Source: Podarcis filfolensis | Lineage: Eukaryota | Direction: 5' to 3' (one strand) | Assembly (NCBI GenBank): GCA_964270895.1 | Contig: OZ185441.1 | Length of the DNA: 64,000 nt | Shown: in pieces, positions 49,409 to 64,000 of the stretch | Numbering within the stretch: position 1 is the first letter of the stretch | How the letters are laid out: every line of letters starts with the position of its first letter | The notes under the pieces: model-generated | The model's database searches: none | Told to the model about the DNA's origin: nothing | Seen by the model: the letters and a program-made list of their open reading frames with translations, nothing else | Position numbers and translations under genes: made by a program

Positions 49409-50540
49409 CACCAGGCAGAAATCACACACCTAGTTAGCTGGATGTTGTCACTCTTCCTCCAAATCCCACATCCTGGCGCACAAGCTGGGGAGTGCACATG
49501 GCAGAGAGTTAACTCTTTATTGTCAAAGAGTTGCTTCTACAGCTCTGCATTCCTATGCACACCAGTCTTGTGTCTGGGCAGCTATTCCCAGATCCATGCT
49601 CTATGGAGCAGTTGCAGCAACTGGGGACAACCACCCCCCCTCCAGCTTATGTACCTTCCTCTGGTGGCTGCACACTCATAGCCAGAGACTACGCCTGGGG
49701 GGGGGGACCCAAAGCCATTAAATAATTTTTAATAAACCCCAAAATCTGGACATTCCCTTTAAAATGTAAAACCCCTGGATGGGCATATTGGGACCCCAAA
49801 AGAGGACATGTCCTGGATTTCCTGGACATATGGCATCCCTACTTATTGGCATAGCTGTCAACTTTTCCCTTTTCTTGCGAGGAATCCTATTTGGAATAAG
49901 AGAATTTCCCTTTAAAAAGGGGGAAAGTTGACAGCTATGCTTATTGGCAGTGTCATACATTCTGAAAAGATGGTTGCTAACATATTTGTTGAGCGGTATG
50001 GACCTGACCTGCATAGATTTCAAAGGCTGAATATATTTTAAATGCATTTGAAGAGGAAGAAAGAATTTACACTGGATTTGTGGAACACCTGAAGCAGTGG
50101 GAAGTTGATAGAGGGAAAGTGGCAAAGCAAATTGGTTAACAGAAGCTTTATCAAATATATGAGCTGTGGTTGCCCTCTCAAAACATGAGGCTTTAGAAAT
50201 ATACAGAGTAGAAGAAAATTGTGAAATACCCAGAAACAATGGAAGCAAACAAGATAAATATATTTCGTTTCCATCCCGCCCTTTCTTCAAGGAGCTACAC
50301 TGCCAAATCCTGCGTAACTACAAAAAAAAATCCTAAATTCAGGTACAGCCCTGGTTACCCAGGATAGCATAGTTTAAGGCTGCATACACACAATACATTT
50401 CACTCTCTCACACACAAAGAATCCTAGGAACTGTCAAGTGTTAAGAGTGCTGGGAATTGCAATTCTGTGAGGAGTAAACAACAGTTCCCAGGATTCGAGG
50501 GGGGATTGCTTTAAATTATTTTAATGTATGTATGCAGTTT

Positions 50541-50886
50541 AAAGGTAAAGGTAAAGGGACCCCTGACCATTAGGTCCAGTCGTGAGCGACTCTGGGGTTG
50601 CGGCACTCATCTTGCTTTATTGGCCGAGGGAGCTTCTGGGTCATGTGGCCAGCATGACTAAGCTGCTTCTGGCAAACCAGAGCAGCGCACAGAAACGCCG
50701 TTTACCTTCCCGCCGGAGCAGTACCTATTTATCTACTTGCACTTTTATGTGCTTTCGAACTGCTAGGTTGGCAGGAGCTGGGACCGAGCAACGGGAGCTC
50801 ACCCCGTCGCAGGGATTCGAACCGCCGACCTTCTGATCCGCAAGTCCTAAGCTCTGTGGTTTAACCCACAGCGCCACCCGTGTCCC
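50541..50886 (-). mobile_element. Sauria SINE, full length
   Basis: (AAAGGT)n tail followed by the reverse complement of the Sauria body, ending CCCACAGCGCCACCCGTGTCCC. Confidence 0.88.
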
Positions 50887-53169
50887 TAAGCTTAGGCAAA
50901 TTTAGCTAGAATAGTGAGCCAGCATCTTGGCATAGTCTCCTCCTCTGCCTATTTAGGGGACATGCTTACAGTCCCTTGAATGTATAGCTACAATGCGTGT
51001 CAGTAATGAGATTCACACTTTGGTGCCTCAGACTGTGGTGTGAGATATGCCCATATATAACATGTTCCTGCGGGAATGTTGGCATCCTAGCATAACAACT
51101 GCCCAGTAAAAGAAACCAACCACGACCGCGTACTTTGAAGTGAAGACACTTCACAGCATTTCTTCTCTGGGGATCACATGGGAGCGTTTAGGTTAGAATA
51201 TCAAAGACTTGTGGGTTCTTTTTCATTCCATATACCGTTACCCCAAGTAAAACGCCTCTCATTTCAACGATGCTTACCACCGAGTCAGGCTTTATTGAAG
51301 AAAGCAACTTGGGGAGAGGTCTGTGCTTGACATCAGCTTTGTATATACGGTTGTATAATCCTTCCCCACGTCAAATGTGACTCACAGAAAGAGATTAACT
51401 AATCAGTCACAAAGCAAGGCTATAATTTTGCAGAGCTTTAGAAGAGTAATACACAGTAACACCCTGACAATTAATAATGATGAGCTCTAAAATATTACAT
51501 TGCACTTCAATATCACGTTGCTTATTAAAATTTTCTCTTTCCAAGTAAACTTTCTAAAGTACTTCGGTTTCAGATAGCAGCATTAAATGGAGAGACAGGT
51601 CTAGTGCAAAGAGCTGTTTGATCCTTCCAACCACATAAGTCATGGGTGGTCCACGAACAAGGAGGGAAACTGGAATAATTCTTGAATATTATCCCTGTTG
51701 GGAGTCAGGAGTGCACATTATTACTGCTATTATGCAAAAGAGTTCATGATTTATATAAAACTATTCTTTAATTTCCAACACACAACTCAGCCACATCCTA
51801 CAACAGCACTTTCTACAAGTACTTCTAACAGAGGGACACAGATTGTTTGGGAAAATGACAGCCTTCAGTCTTTCCATATTTGTATTAGGTCAAAAGGTAC
51901 TTGCAGTGTGAGTTGATTTAAAACAAGACAATTTAAATCACTGACTTAATCATTAAAGTCACACGGAAAAAGACCAATTTAAATAATTGATTTAAATCAT
52001 GCTCTTTTTGAAATTCATCTTTTTTATTACCATTTTTTAGAGCAAACATGAATCATAATTGGTTATTATAATTGTGTCTGTTGAGCGATGATTACTGAAT
52101 TCAGGCTCCGTATATGTGTTGATAAATCAGCTTATTAACAAGGTTCTTTGCAGGTCCCTGCAGGTCACTAACAAAAGCAATTAAAATTGGTTTGCAACTA
52201 AATAGAGCCTTTATACAACCCAGGATCATAAATAATCCAAAATCTTTAATTATGCAGCCCACATGCCTTTTGAGCTGCATGAATATTATCTGCTTAGGAG
52301 ATGTGGCAGTTTTCTGTTTGGTTTTTCTGTAACCAATTTAAGTATACTAAGTGTACCACAGAGGCTAAATGTCCAGAACTTTCCAAGAGGTTGGCAGTTG
52401 TGGAACCAAAAAACCCTCTTTCTCTCAAAGATAGGAAGCAAACATCCCTGCTGTTTGATTGGCAAACCCAGGCCAGTGAGTTTACAAAGTCCATTTGTAT
52501 TTTAACCCATCAGCCTTGTTTAGCTGTTGCAGCTCTGTTTACTAAATTAACTTTAGGCAGTGGTGGGCAACCTCAGACCCTTAAGCCAAATGCAATCCTC
52601 CAGGCCTCTGCCAGTCATTTGGGACTCTCCCCAAGTCATACAGCTTCTTCAGTCACACTTTCTTCCCCCAGGCCACACCCCTCACGTCTTCCTAGAGTGT
52701 TTTCAATAGCTGGAATAGGCCCTTGATGAAATATGTATTCATTGCTCTGCCCACTCTTGTCCCACTGTTGTGTGGTCTCCAAGAAATTGTGCAGCCCTCA
52801 GACTGGTAAAACCCTGACACCTTTAGGCTACTGCTACTCCTTGTATCAGATAGCCTTCAAAAAGTATCCTCAAGTTTTTAAAATGGCCTGTTGAGCAGAG
52901 AAAGTGACTTTTTAAATAGGACCTCAGAAATCCCATTGTGCATGCAGAGCTGTTCATATAAACCTTTTGATCCCAGCTGCAAAAGTTTTAACAAAATTCC
53001 ACTTTTAGGTTGCCTGATTAATCAAACATCAATGTTTTCTTCATCCAATGATACCCAAGAACAGACAGTTAAGGCTACAGTTCTGTACACAATGTAGCTG
53101 GAAGCGCATTCCATTGAACTCAATGGGGCCTATTTCTTAATAGCCATGTGCAATTGCTCTGGTAATTGC

Positions 53170-53423
53170 TAGAAGAAATCATACGCCAAAACAGTGACCA
53201 GAGAAGAAATGACTGCTGGGAGAAGTGCAGAAAAAAAGAAATGTGTGGAGCATCTGCAGTAGCACAAACAGACGCCTTCATCTGCCCCAGCTGCCACAAA
53301 ACATGTCTCTCCTGTATTGGTCTGTACAGCCACAACAGGCACTGTAACTCTCCAATGGTTTGATTTCACCCACAAAGGCACACTCTTCCATTGTGTCTTG
53401 AGACAGGTGGATACCAACAACAA
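53170..53423 (+). mobile_element. RTE-clade LINE (non-BovB) 3' end
   Basis: C-terminal zinc-finger-like motif FICPSCHKTCLSCIGLYSHNRHC, followed by CCATTGTGTCTTGAGACAG and a (CAA)n tail. Confidence 0.75.
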
Positions 53424-56400
53424 AGGCCCACACTAAAATCTACAAAGAGGCACTTTTATACTGTTACTGTTCAACTTGTAAGACCTTGTTAGCACTATCT
53501 CACTGCTCTTGGATTTTATTATATTATTTGTGGCACCAAATGGTGAACAATAAAACTTGTTATCTGTGTTCAGCACACTCCCCCTAAGACCACTTTCTCA
53601 TCGCTTCACCAGGACAAAAGCAAGTATGCGTTTCTTGCATATTCCTTTCTAAATTGGCTTGACTCCTGTAAACAGGAATAAAAGTGGAACTTCATATCCA
53701 AATAAAACCCATTGATGCTGTACATATCTGTGCCTGAGGCATCATTTTTAAAAACAAAAATGATCAAACTTTTTTTTTAAAAAAAATGGTGATAAATTTC
53801 TCTTCACATTTCATGTGTAAATGAGAAAACATTGGTTCAAATCTCTGCTCACTTATGAAGGTCACAGGGTTGTCAGTCCACTATCAGTCTTGGTTTAACA
53901 TCTCTCTCAAGCTGTTGTTAATGGAGCTAAAATGACACTCTCTGAACTGTGTATTTTCCTAGTGGTAAATCACACTCAGCGTGATCTGTAGATATGTCAT
54001 GGTTGCTCTTATTTTACTAAACAGTGCCAAAAAGAAGGGAGGGGAAGAAAGAGAGGTAGTGATCCCAACTGCTAAAGACTGGTTTCTTTGAAGCACACCC
54101 CATTTGGTACATTTCAAGCAATTGCTCTTCATCAGAGGCAATGATCTTTTCTAAGTTTGATCTGAGCAATTCTTTCATCCTCAAAGCAACTACAGTGCTC
54201 TAATATAATAATTTTAAAAAAGGTATCTTTGCATCTGATAGAGAGCAGTTACTCAAATCACACCAGGCACTGCAAACATTTACTGGAAAACTTTCCCCCC
54301 CAAATAAACCAGTCTTCAGCACTTTGATATTTGCCACTGTGGGGGACTTATTCATCTTGGTAAGGTTTCTTTCCCCCTCCCTATTTGCCACCCTTTCTCC
54401 TTTCATATGAGTATGTTTCTGCTTTGACTTACCCCCTGGTTGCAGTAAATCCGCTAAGATCCCCAAGTGTCATGGCACATCAAACATCATACACAACCTA
54501 ACTTTGCATGCCTTTCTTTCATCTGAGCATCAAAAAGTCCAAACCCTCAAATATAGTCTTCTCTTCTTCCAAGAGTGCGATCTAAATGTGATCTGTGTGG
54601 TAGGGAATTACTGCTCGATATCTGTGGTCAACTCGTGACCAGGGGGGCCAAGTAAACTCTGCAAATGAAGGCCACAGAATGAGAGAAAGAGATTGGTAGA
54701 GGTAGCCCATAGAGAGGACAACAACCAACCTGTGCCCAGCATCCAGGCCTAGCTCTACCATTAGGCAAAGTGAGCTGTCTGCCTCTGATGACAACCACTG
54801 GTGGGGTGGAGAGCAGCAGCAAGATGCTACGGGGATAGAGCTGTGTATATTCCACATGGCCTGCCCTAAGCCAGCCTGCTGACCTTAGGTGTAGTTGAAG
54901 TAAGAATCAGTTGCTGGGATGTCCAAACTATATAAGGCACAGCTGACTAAATTAACAAGTAAATAGGAAAACAATAACTGAAAGATTGAGGGATACATAA
55001 GAAGATGGTGGTAATGGTGCACATAATTCCTACCTCACCCACCAATATTGAAAAATAAATTATGGACCACTTTTTTAAATGTGGAGGAGATGTTCATGAA
55101 AAATATCTTTCGATCAAACTACATTAAATAATTTTTCTTCTTGTGTGTTTATCACAAAGCATGTTCTTTTTTAACCCAGATCAACCATGCTGCAGGGAGG
55201 GGGATATTCAACCCTTTCCCAGAAGATGCTGTTTGCTGCAGGTAAAAATAAAAAAAAAGCTATAGTTGGATAGATCTAGGAAAGACATTCATTATGGGAA
55301 AAGGTTAAACACCCTCTCAGACTTCCAACACTTCCTTACCATGCCTGGTTTAACATTGTTTTAACTCTTGTGTCAAGAGATGAGTCTGAAGCAGGGATGA
55401 AGAAGAAAATTTATTCAATTCTCATTCAAAGCCGAAGCAATCAAATCCACATTTTTCAAAATATGAAAACCAAAACACAGACATCTTTCAAAATTCACAC
55501 TTCTCTGAATTTTGTGATTCAGTTCTATAATCAAGCAGTGTTTACCATTATGCTGAAATAGGCGTAAAAATGACCATACTGGTGAAAATATCATACAAAA
55601 CTGCACATTATAAGAAAATCATTGCAAAAATTTGCTTTTTTAAAAAAATGATTTTTAAGGCAATTTGCAAACTGTTGCAGAAATGAGGAGAACTGAATTT
55701 AAGATTGGAAAAATGAAAAACAGACATTTACATATCCCTCCATTCCTGGTCTGAAGGTACGTATGCTACAGTTCTACTGCCAAAGCCAATTTGGCCCTGT
55801 TAGTGGCTGGATAAGAAACTCCTGGAAGTTGAACAGAGGCTCCTTGGGAACGGACTGAGCTGTGAATAAAATAAATAAGAAGCTGAAAATAATGTTGCTA
55901 TCAGAGGAGAAAGCTATCTTTGGAAGCTTTTTAACAGAAGCATGATTATTGAAGAGCTGAACAGAAATGAATTAAAATATTTGCTGGGTGAACAAAAACG
56001 TGGGAGGCTTTGTGCAAAAGCATTAGAGCAAAGCACTTTAATCTGTAAGATGAAATCACTTTTCAAATGGAGAGATAACAACGGTGGGCCTTTTTAGCCC
56101 ACCACCACCCCAATCCACTCCAGCAAGCTTCACAACAAGTATGTGAGCCTCCACATAAGGACTGGCTTAGTACATCACATGAACCAGCTAAAAGGATTTT
56201 TCTTTGTAGTTGGATTAAACTTTGAGTTGTTACCTTTTCTGCTTGCATGCCCAGGCCCAGGGAGCCTGCCGCCCATGAAGCTGGGGGTGTGGAAGCAAAA
56301 TAGCTACTGTACAATGTTCTTGGAACCTAACAGGCCACAATTTTTATTGATTACAGATATAAGTGGGCTTAGGCATTGAGTTTATCCTGGAATGACCAGC

Positions 56401-59239
56401 TCATCTGCTGGCTGATTAGCATTGGGGTCGATCTTCAGTTAGGATTGCCCTATGACATACATCAAATGGGAACAACCATCAGGATTGCCAGCTTGGGGAG
56501 TGCTGTGGCCCTCAGCCCCTGTCTGTGCATCTGGGACTCAGCTACATTCGTCACAATAATACATTTTGAATGTGTTATAAACATCCAACACCAGATCGTG
56601 CCAGAGAGCAAAAAGAAGTTTACGGTATATGGATTTTTACATAGGGGTTTTTTTTCTTTTGTTGTAATGATTTAATTTCTGACTTATAGTGTTTTTATAA
56701 CCTGTGTCTAGATCCACTCTCAGACAGAAGCACCTCCCCTAGGACCCCTTAAATGGGATATCCCATTTCCTTGGAGGTGGAAAAGCAGTGGCTTACAAAC
56801 CCACCCCCTCCACCCATGACTAAGTCTCATACCCAATTCCTTGTCCGCCAAAAGTTGTGACAATTGCTATGAAGTAGCAAACAAAAAAACAACCCCCCCA
56901 AAAAAACAGACAGGCTCAATTTGTGTGGAGGAACAATTCCTCCCTGGCCCTGAATACAGCAACTGATACTTCCACACCACAGACCCACACAATTTCCTCT
57001 GGGTGGGTCTAAACATGCAAACGAGGGAGGCTGGGTGATCCGAAACCAACTGCACTGCCAGTTGAGGGGGCAACAGGAGTCTCTAGTCAGCTCCACCTCC
57101 AGGGGCCCCCACAATTGGTCAAATTTGCAGGTGGGCCTGATTCAAATCCCATGGCTGGTGAGAGAGAACATGATGTCTCCCACTGGCCATTGGGATACTG
57201 GACAAGAAGAGCCCCAGCAATGGCAGCAAACCGTGTGGAGCCGCAGCTGCTGTGTCACATTGAAAGGCGCCTGGGACTTGTCTTCCTCATGGGCTTTTAA
57301 CAACAGGCATACACACTGACACAAAGCAAGTGAAACTTCGCCCCTTCTTTATCTCCATGCCAGGCTGGTCTTAATTAGATTTCTATTTTCTTTGACTCCA
57401 TAGAGTTGTTTGGCACAAAGCAGATGAATTATTTTTAAATGACATTTCTTCAAGGCTGCAATAACACAACCATTGCCTTTCTCTCTGATTTAGATGTTCT
57501 CATCTATTTCTTACGCAAGGGAACTGTTCACTTTTTACAAACAATTTCCCTCCTAGCAGTTGCCATCATGCTGACCTATGTGTTGCTTCTTTTGCTTGGG
57601 AGAAAAAGTACTGAATTGTAGAAGAAGCATTTGAGAAAAGAACTCTTCACCTCTGTGAACGTTTCACAAATTCCTTTTTCCAGCAAGACTTGTTACAGAC
57701 ATTTCCCCGTCCTTTGTGAAATCTGTGCTGCGATCACTGGAAGGTATGTATAAATCTCAATTGAAATATTTATTGCGTTTCTCCCCACACTTCTCTTTGA
57801 AATGATTATTTCATCTCTCCATTTACTTTCTTGGCCTTTCTGCAATTGGGTCCACATGGAGTGGGCATCTGAATCTTTTTGCAGACCTTCTGGCTAGCCA
57901 GCTCACTTCGTCTATGTGAAACTGGTATCACATGAAGTGTACAATTGGCATTGCTCTACATGTAGGAGCTAAGCCTGCCTTCATTTACAAAATGATTCCT
58001 AAGAATTCTGGAGAATTATACTACGGAATTATTTCTGCAGTGCAACAGAGACAGTACTGAACCATCGACCCAACTCTACTGAGTTGCTTCCAGATAACCT
58101 GTTTACAGAGCATTCATTCTAATCTCCCTGCAGGGAGATTAGACAACAGCTTTAACAGCTATTTGTGGAGTATTCATTCTGTTTGCGATGAGGTTAGCTG
58201 ATGCTGCATCGAACAACATTATCGCACATTTTCCCCATCACTTTCCTTATCACAGAAAGTCCAATTTGGGGAGGACAGGGTAGTGGGATTACGGCACAAG
58301 AACTGCAAACCAATTTTCATTGCACAACCTTAACTTTACAGTACGTGATTGAACTCCACCAGAAAATGGCAACATTATTGAAACTCTTTTACATTTATTT
58401 CCTTGAGCTGCTCATTGCTGCATCCAATCTCCCTACTCCCTAACCCCACAACTCTTCTTCCCTTGTTCCTTGTGGATCTCCTAAATGCCAATGATTTGTG
58501 TGCGGGCAGAAGGCAGGCTGGAAACGAGGTGGCATAATACCTTGGAAGCTACAATCCCCTTGGGAATGTGCAGAGAGTTCTTCACATCACCTTCAAGTAC
58601 TTAAAAGTTGCAGATCAAACAATTCTGAAAGAGAGGGGAGGCAGACTGGAATGTGTGGCCACTATTTTATGAAGTTATATGATTCCCTCATGATCTGAAG
58701 TCAGAAACTTTGTTCTCTGGTGAGCAGAGATACTCACTGCTTTGACTTCTTGTTCAGTAGTAGGTTTTGAGGAGAGAGAAAAAAAATCTGTATCATAACA
58801 GTGAAATCCTCTTTTAGATGAAAATGAGAATGACTTGTACCAGCCTTCTAATAAGGCACCTGATATTACACAGTGAGGCAGAAAACCAACTCCAGTAGCC
58901 TCACTACTGAGTATTTTATTTTTCTCTTTTATACTACTTTGTGACTGTGAACTTAGAGGCAGTTAGTTAATGCATTCAATAAATCAAAAGATATAATTTA
59001 CCCCCTGGATTCTACCATTTAAGGCTGCGGTTTCAGGGTTGGATATTTGATTGCTTCCTCATAAATAGCCTCCACAGAGGTAGCTCAGTTAGCCTGTTGA
59101 GTCCAAATGATAAATAGCCTTGTGGCAACTTAACATCTAATAGATTTATTATAGCATACATAAGCTTTTGTGAACCAGAGTCCACTTGGTTTCACAAGAT
59201 ATAAGAAAATTACACATATAAAAATAACGCCTCCCGTAG

Positions 59240-60110
59240 ACTATAGGTTCAGCTTGTAAACATGTGTGACATGGTGCACATTGGAACACAAAAAAAATTT
59301 TAATTTCACTAACAAGACTAACAAGACCTTGGGGTCACAACAGATAACTTGAAGAAGATTTTGACCCATTGTGTGACAGCTACCCAAAAAAAAGGCAAAT
59401 TCCATGTGAGGAATCATTAGGAAAGGAATGGAAAATAAAACTGCTGATATCACAGCAGCATTATACAAATCTATATTGCAACCACATTTGGAATACTGTA
59501 TGCAGTTCTGGTTGGCTCACCTCAGAAAGAATACTGTAGAGTTGGAAAAGGTTTGGGAAAGGCAGCCAAAATGATCAAGGGGATGGAATGACTTCCCTTT
59601 GAGGAAAAGTTGCAACAATTAGGACCTTTTAATTTAAAGTCAAGTAATTTAATTTAAAGACATGATAGAAGTTTATAAAATTATGCACAGCATGGAGAAA
59701 CAGAGAATAATATAACATGTGGACATCCAACAAAGCGGAATGTTGGAAGACTCGAGACAGATAAAAGAAAGCACTTATTCATACAGTGCATAGTGAAACT
59801 ATAGAAGTCGTTCCCACGGGAGACAAGGATGACCATCAATCTGGATGGCTTTAAAAGAGGATTGGACAAATTCATGGAAGATAAAGCTTTTAGTGGCTGC
59901 TAGCTATGCTCTGCTCTGCTTCGCAAGTCAGAGGATGCAAAATGCTTCTGAATACCAACTGCTGGAAACCACAGGAAAGGAGAATGCCCTTCTACTCATG
60001 TCCTGCTTGCAGGTTTCTCGCTGGCATCTGGTTGACCACTGTGAGAACAGGATACTGGACCAGATGGGCCATTAGTCTCAACCAGCTGTCTCGTCTTAGG
60101 TTCTTATGTA
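59240..60110 (+). mobile_element. CR1 LINE, 5'-truncated and degenerate
   Basis: GIIRKGMENKTADI..LYKSILQPHLEYCMQFW..ELEKV, then AAAAGAGGATTGGACAAATTCATGGA and the CR1 3' UTR (CACTGTGAGAACAGGATACTGGAC..CTTATGT). Confidence 0.8.
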
Positions 60111-61003
60111 CCTTCTCCTCTTTCTTTGGACTAGGAGACATTGCTAAAGGCCTGCATTAACAGGCCTTTATCAAGGAGTTGGTCATAACCTAGTTGCAGT
60201 TCAGCAATGTACAGTGAGCCAAAGGTCCTCACATCATCTGCTGTAGCCCTATTTAGTCATTCATTCTCCCTCTCCCTATCTCTATCTCTATCACACACAT
60301 ACACAATTGCCATCATGCAAAGCAGAATGTAGGGATGAATTTGTTGGTTGGCCCAATACCTATTGCTCATTCCTGCCCCCATTCCTGCAGCCCCTCAAGT
60401 GTTGGGGGTTAAATGTCTGCAGGGAGGAGTCCGTTTTGCTCAAGCAGGCTCCCCATGTGGCGTAAAACCCCTTAGTGGAGACAGCAACTAAACAGGATGT
60501 GTGTTTCCTGGTGCAGAGCTCTGACAGCTGCTCCTCACAATGTCCTCTCCGCTTTCCAGATTTAAGAGATAGCTGCTGTGGGAATTCTAGCGTTGCCAGT
60601 TGCCAATGTCCTGGTGAACTTTGGGGAGGTGGGAAGAAGGCTGCAGAGGACCAAGATAGTGAAGCAAGACATGTTACTACCCTCCCACATACACTAATGA
60701 TTTACACGGTTGTTGTATGCATATTATTACCCAGTTAACTATTTCCAGAAATATTAGATGTCCCCACTTCATGCTCATTCCTCTTCTGTGCTACTTATAA
60801 TACAAACTATTAACAAGTCCTGCTTCTTAAGCTATTTACTGTCAGATTCAGATAAGTGGCAATCATGCTAACTATGAATGCAGGAAAGTAGTATACACTT
60901 GTTGTGCTTGCATAATTTATTCTTTACTAAGAATTTGGGTTTCCTCAGCTCTGGAACTGCAATTTTTGATGTTACATTTATATTCTATTTCCACCAGTAA
61001 ACA

Positions 61004-61011
<8 letters not shown>

Positions 61012-61043
<32 letters not shown>
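61012..61043. repeat. (TA)n microsatellite
   Basis: Uninterrupted TA run. Confidence 0.95.
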
Positions 61044-61046
<3 letters not shown>

Positions 61047-64000
61047 ACAGCTTGGCATTTTAAAATACTCAACTCTAAGCATTCTTATTGCTCTCTGTAG
61101 GAAAAGGTTAAAGATGTGATTCCAGTAATTCCACTATGCTCACACAGACAACATTAAGTGACATTTAAAAAGCCAAAATTCAGTCTTCTTGCAACTTCCA
61201 AGGCGGAAATGCTTTCTCACTGATGATATATTTGTGATGGGAAGATTTTGTTAAACACTGCAAAGATGTCTGTGGTTTTTCATGGAGACTTAATAGCTAC
61301 CATGGCTGCATAACACACTATTTGAAGGCATATTACTTCCCTCAAAAAAAATCCTGGGAACTGTAGCTAAGAATTGTAGCTGTGTGTGAATAGCAATGAA
61401 AGTTCTAAACTTCTAATTTGCCTTTTTGAAATGCTTAGCAGTCTGGTTTTTAAAACAGAAAAGATTTGATTACATATTTTAAGGGGAATGGTTGTATGAA
61501 TGGCTGACTAGCATGTGGCATTTTAGGAAGGCATTCCACGTTATTTTAACAGAGGGTGGCAAGCAGAGTACATTCAAAGCAGCCTTAAGAATAGATAACT
61601 TGATTTTTTAAAAAATGATTAAGAATATATTTTCAGCATATTCTTTCCTTGAAAGAACAGCAAGCTAACTAAACAAAGCATTTGTGATAGCTGTCAAACC
61701 ACAGCATGAAACTAATCAGCAATAAGAACCCTTCAAATACCTCCCAGCAACTTAGATTCACTGAATGAATTCTCTCTCAAACAGCAAATCTATGTGGTGT
61801 TCAAACAATGAGCTAATTTACTATACTGATTTCCCTGTGATTATTATTTATGTACAGCAGAGAATGTTCCACATGAACTCATGGCTCAACATCAAGGACA
61901 CACTGTTCTAATTTATTACAACCAGAGGGTTGAAGGATATTCCTAAAATGAAATGATGAAAGCTTAGCAGGCATGTGGATCCTGCTGCCTCCAGTTTCTA
62001 GGCACTGTGCTGATCTGAGATAAAGCTCAATGCAGTGAGGGGACATGACAGACACAGATGTTTCTGGAAGTCCTGGCTAAGATGGGAAGTAGTTAACTCC
62101 TCCCCTTTCCTGAAACACTATTTGCATTCCTTTCAGGGCTGGCTCCAAAGAGTAGTGACGTTGAGTAGTTGCTGACTTGAGCTTTACAAAGGCCCCACTA
62201 TCCAAACAGCAGCATCATTTCTCACTTCATATGAATCACCCATATAGATCAAATGCACTTCAGAGTACTTTCAGTTTGCACAACCCACCATTTTGTTGCT
62301 AATGGTCTGTGCCCCAGGGCCCCCAAAATCCTTTGCTGGCAAATATATGTCCTTGGAATAAACATTGTCAGGTAGTATATCACCATAAAAAATGAGCCTC
62401 CCTCCCTTTCATACAAGGCTAGTGTCCCATACTGTTCACAAACTGTTCTTCATGAGAATCTGTGTGAAACCCACTTGATATTTCCACACATAAGTAACAG
62501 GCTTGCCAGCTATTCCTTTTTTTCCCAGCAATCCCTCTTGTTTTCACATCATGCCCCTTATTCATGAATGCAGCTGTTTGTGGAACATAATGGATGGCTC
62601 TGAAGTGTTTCAATATGCTACTGCTCCAACTTCCATAGCACAATGTAATGCATATACCAGGGGTTCATCTTGACTCCATTTGAAATGATAGTAGCATTGA
62701 ATTCAATTCATTATTTTGACCAAAGGATCTTTCTTGATTACCTGGGGCAAATTACTGTCACTTTGTCACAGTTCCCAGACTTTTTCTGGCTCCTATTAGA
62801 ATAACTGGGTCCTGCCAGGATAATGTCTCTGCCATTTGAACAATGTGATGCTAGCAAGTTCAGATATGCCAGATACTAGGTCCAAGGCTGAAATGGTAAT
62901 TAGTGACTCAGATTTGCTTTCTATTATATGTTTCTGAATCAGCTACTAATCTATGGGTAGTGGGATGGACTCATGAGATTAAGTATGCATTAAAGTATAA
63001 CTCATTTGGGCTAGGGAATGAGATTTTTGAGGAGCGCTGTGTCATCAATGAGCACATCAGTACAAAAGCTACTTTATTATGAACACTGGAAAATTGGTGT
63101 GGGGTGTTCAAATAAGGCTTTTAAGATGCATGTCTCAAATTCTATTTGGGAAATATTGGGGAAATTAAATTAAAGCAATGCAGGTATCTATTGCTGCTAT
63201 TAACTCTGCAATCTAGGACAAAGGAAGTTCAGCTGCCATTTTCAAAAGCCTGACATGTGCTTTAAGCAGCACTGCATGGGAGCAATCAGAAGCAACTTCT
63301 GCAAGTCACCTCCAAGCTGAGTTATTATTCCAGCCCTGTTATATTCATAACAGAATAGGAAGTGATCAAAATTCCACTGAAATCTAATGACAAAAGTCCT
63401 GAACCTTCTCAGATGCAGGCATCCAGCTGTTTTGGTGATGATTCAAGTGTGAGAAGAAGGTTCATGTCTGAAATTTTCAAGCTGAGCAATTTACTCCCGT
63501 GTCAATGGGGACAAGTGTTTCTGGTGATGTTCTGAATGATACAGTACTAATGGAGGAAGAAGCCATTCTTAAATGCAGCATAATTATAACTATATTACTA
63601 GATTAAGATAGAATATGATCTTTGTGAAATGTTTCACAATGTAAATCTATCCCCTTGGCATTGTAGAGTACTTTACTGTAGTTATTTTGCAATACCTAGA
63701 AAAGGCAGAGAAAGTAATCAATAGGTAGTCATTTTGCAATATATCATTCACACCTAACTGTGCAGATCATAATTATAGCCGTACATTATCTAGCCTGTGC
63801 CTAGAGGTCTAAAGAACAAAAACTGACAACAGGCACCACCAACCATGAGAAGAGACTAAAAGATCAATGAAATGACACATTATCTAGAAGTAAATTGCAA
63901 GGACTTAGGAAAATTAAAACATGAAGCTGGTGGGGGGAATAAACTGTTTAAAATGTTCTCAGAGTTTTCCGTAAGTTCTACTTTCTGAATACATTTTTGG

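Noticed and set aside
49718-50290. 190-aa minus-strand ORF
   Set aside because: No known motif, and its 3' part runs through a MITE-like repeat; most likely a chance open frame.
1-64000. CRISPR arrays, rRNA genes or prokaryotic operons
   Set aside because: None seen. The window is vertebrate DNA, and its direct repeats are TSDs, dispersed elements or microsatellites.

Overview
AT-rich eukaryotic DNA, largely non-genic, from a squamate reptile. The Sauria SINEs, BovB LINEs and Squam3-like SINEs suggest a lizard, possibly a lacertid; the taxon is an inference. The only host-type coding sequence I can name is an intact, intronless COX5B retrocopy (4228-4829) with a poly(A) tail and a 20-bp target-site duplication (TSD). 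The main accessory feature is a nested cluster at about 12.3-17.6 kb. It holds a decayed Ngaro/DIRS-type tyrosine-recombinase retrotransposon (RNase H, recombinase, SGNH hydrolase). A 2.08-kb L1-derived element with no ORF2, one intact 215-aa ORF and a perfect 17-bp TSD is inserted in its 3' terminal region. A related 812-bp non-coding unit at 25277-26088 shares the Ngaro 3' motifs and a bulged hairpin with different sequence but similar structure. Two 5'-complete BovB copies are present, one carrying an LTR nested inside another LTR-like element. The rest is L1, L2, CR1 and RTE fragments, SINEs, MITEs and microsatellites. I could not assemble a multi-exon host gene; a few candidate exons are listed at low confidence. 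All family names come from recognising motifs by eye, not from database searches.
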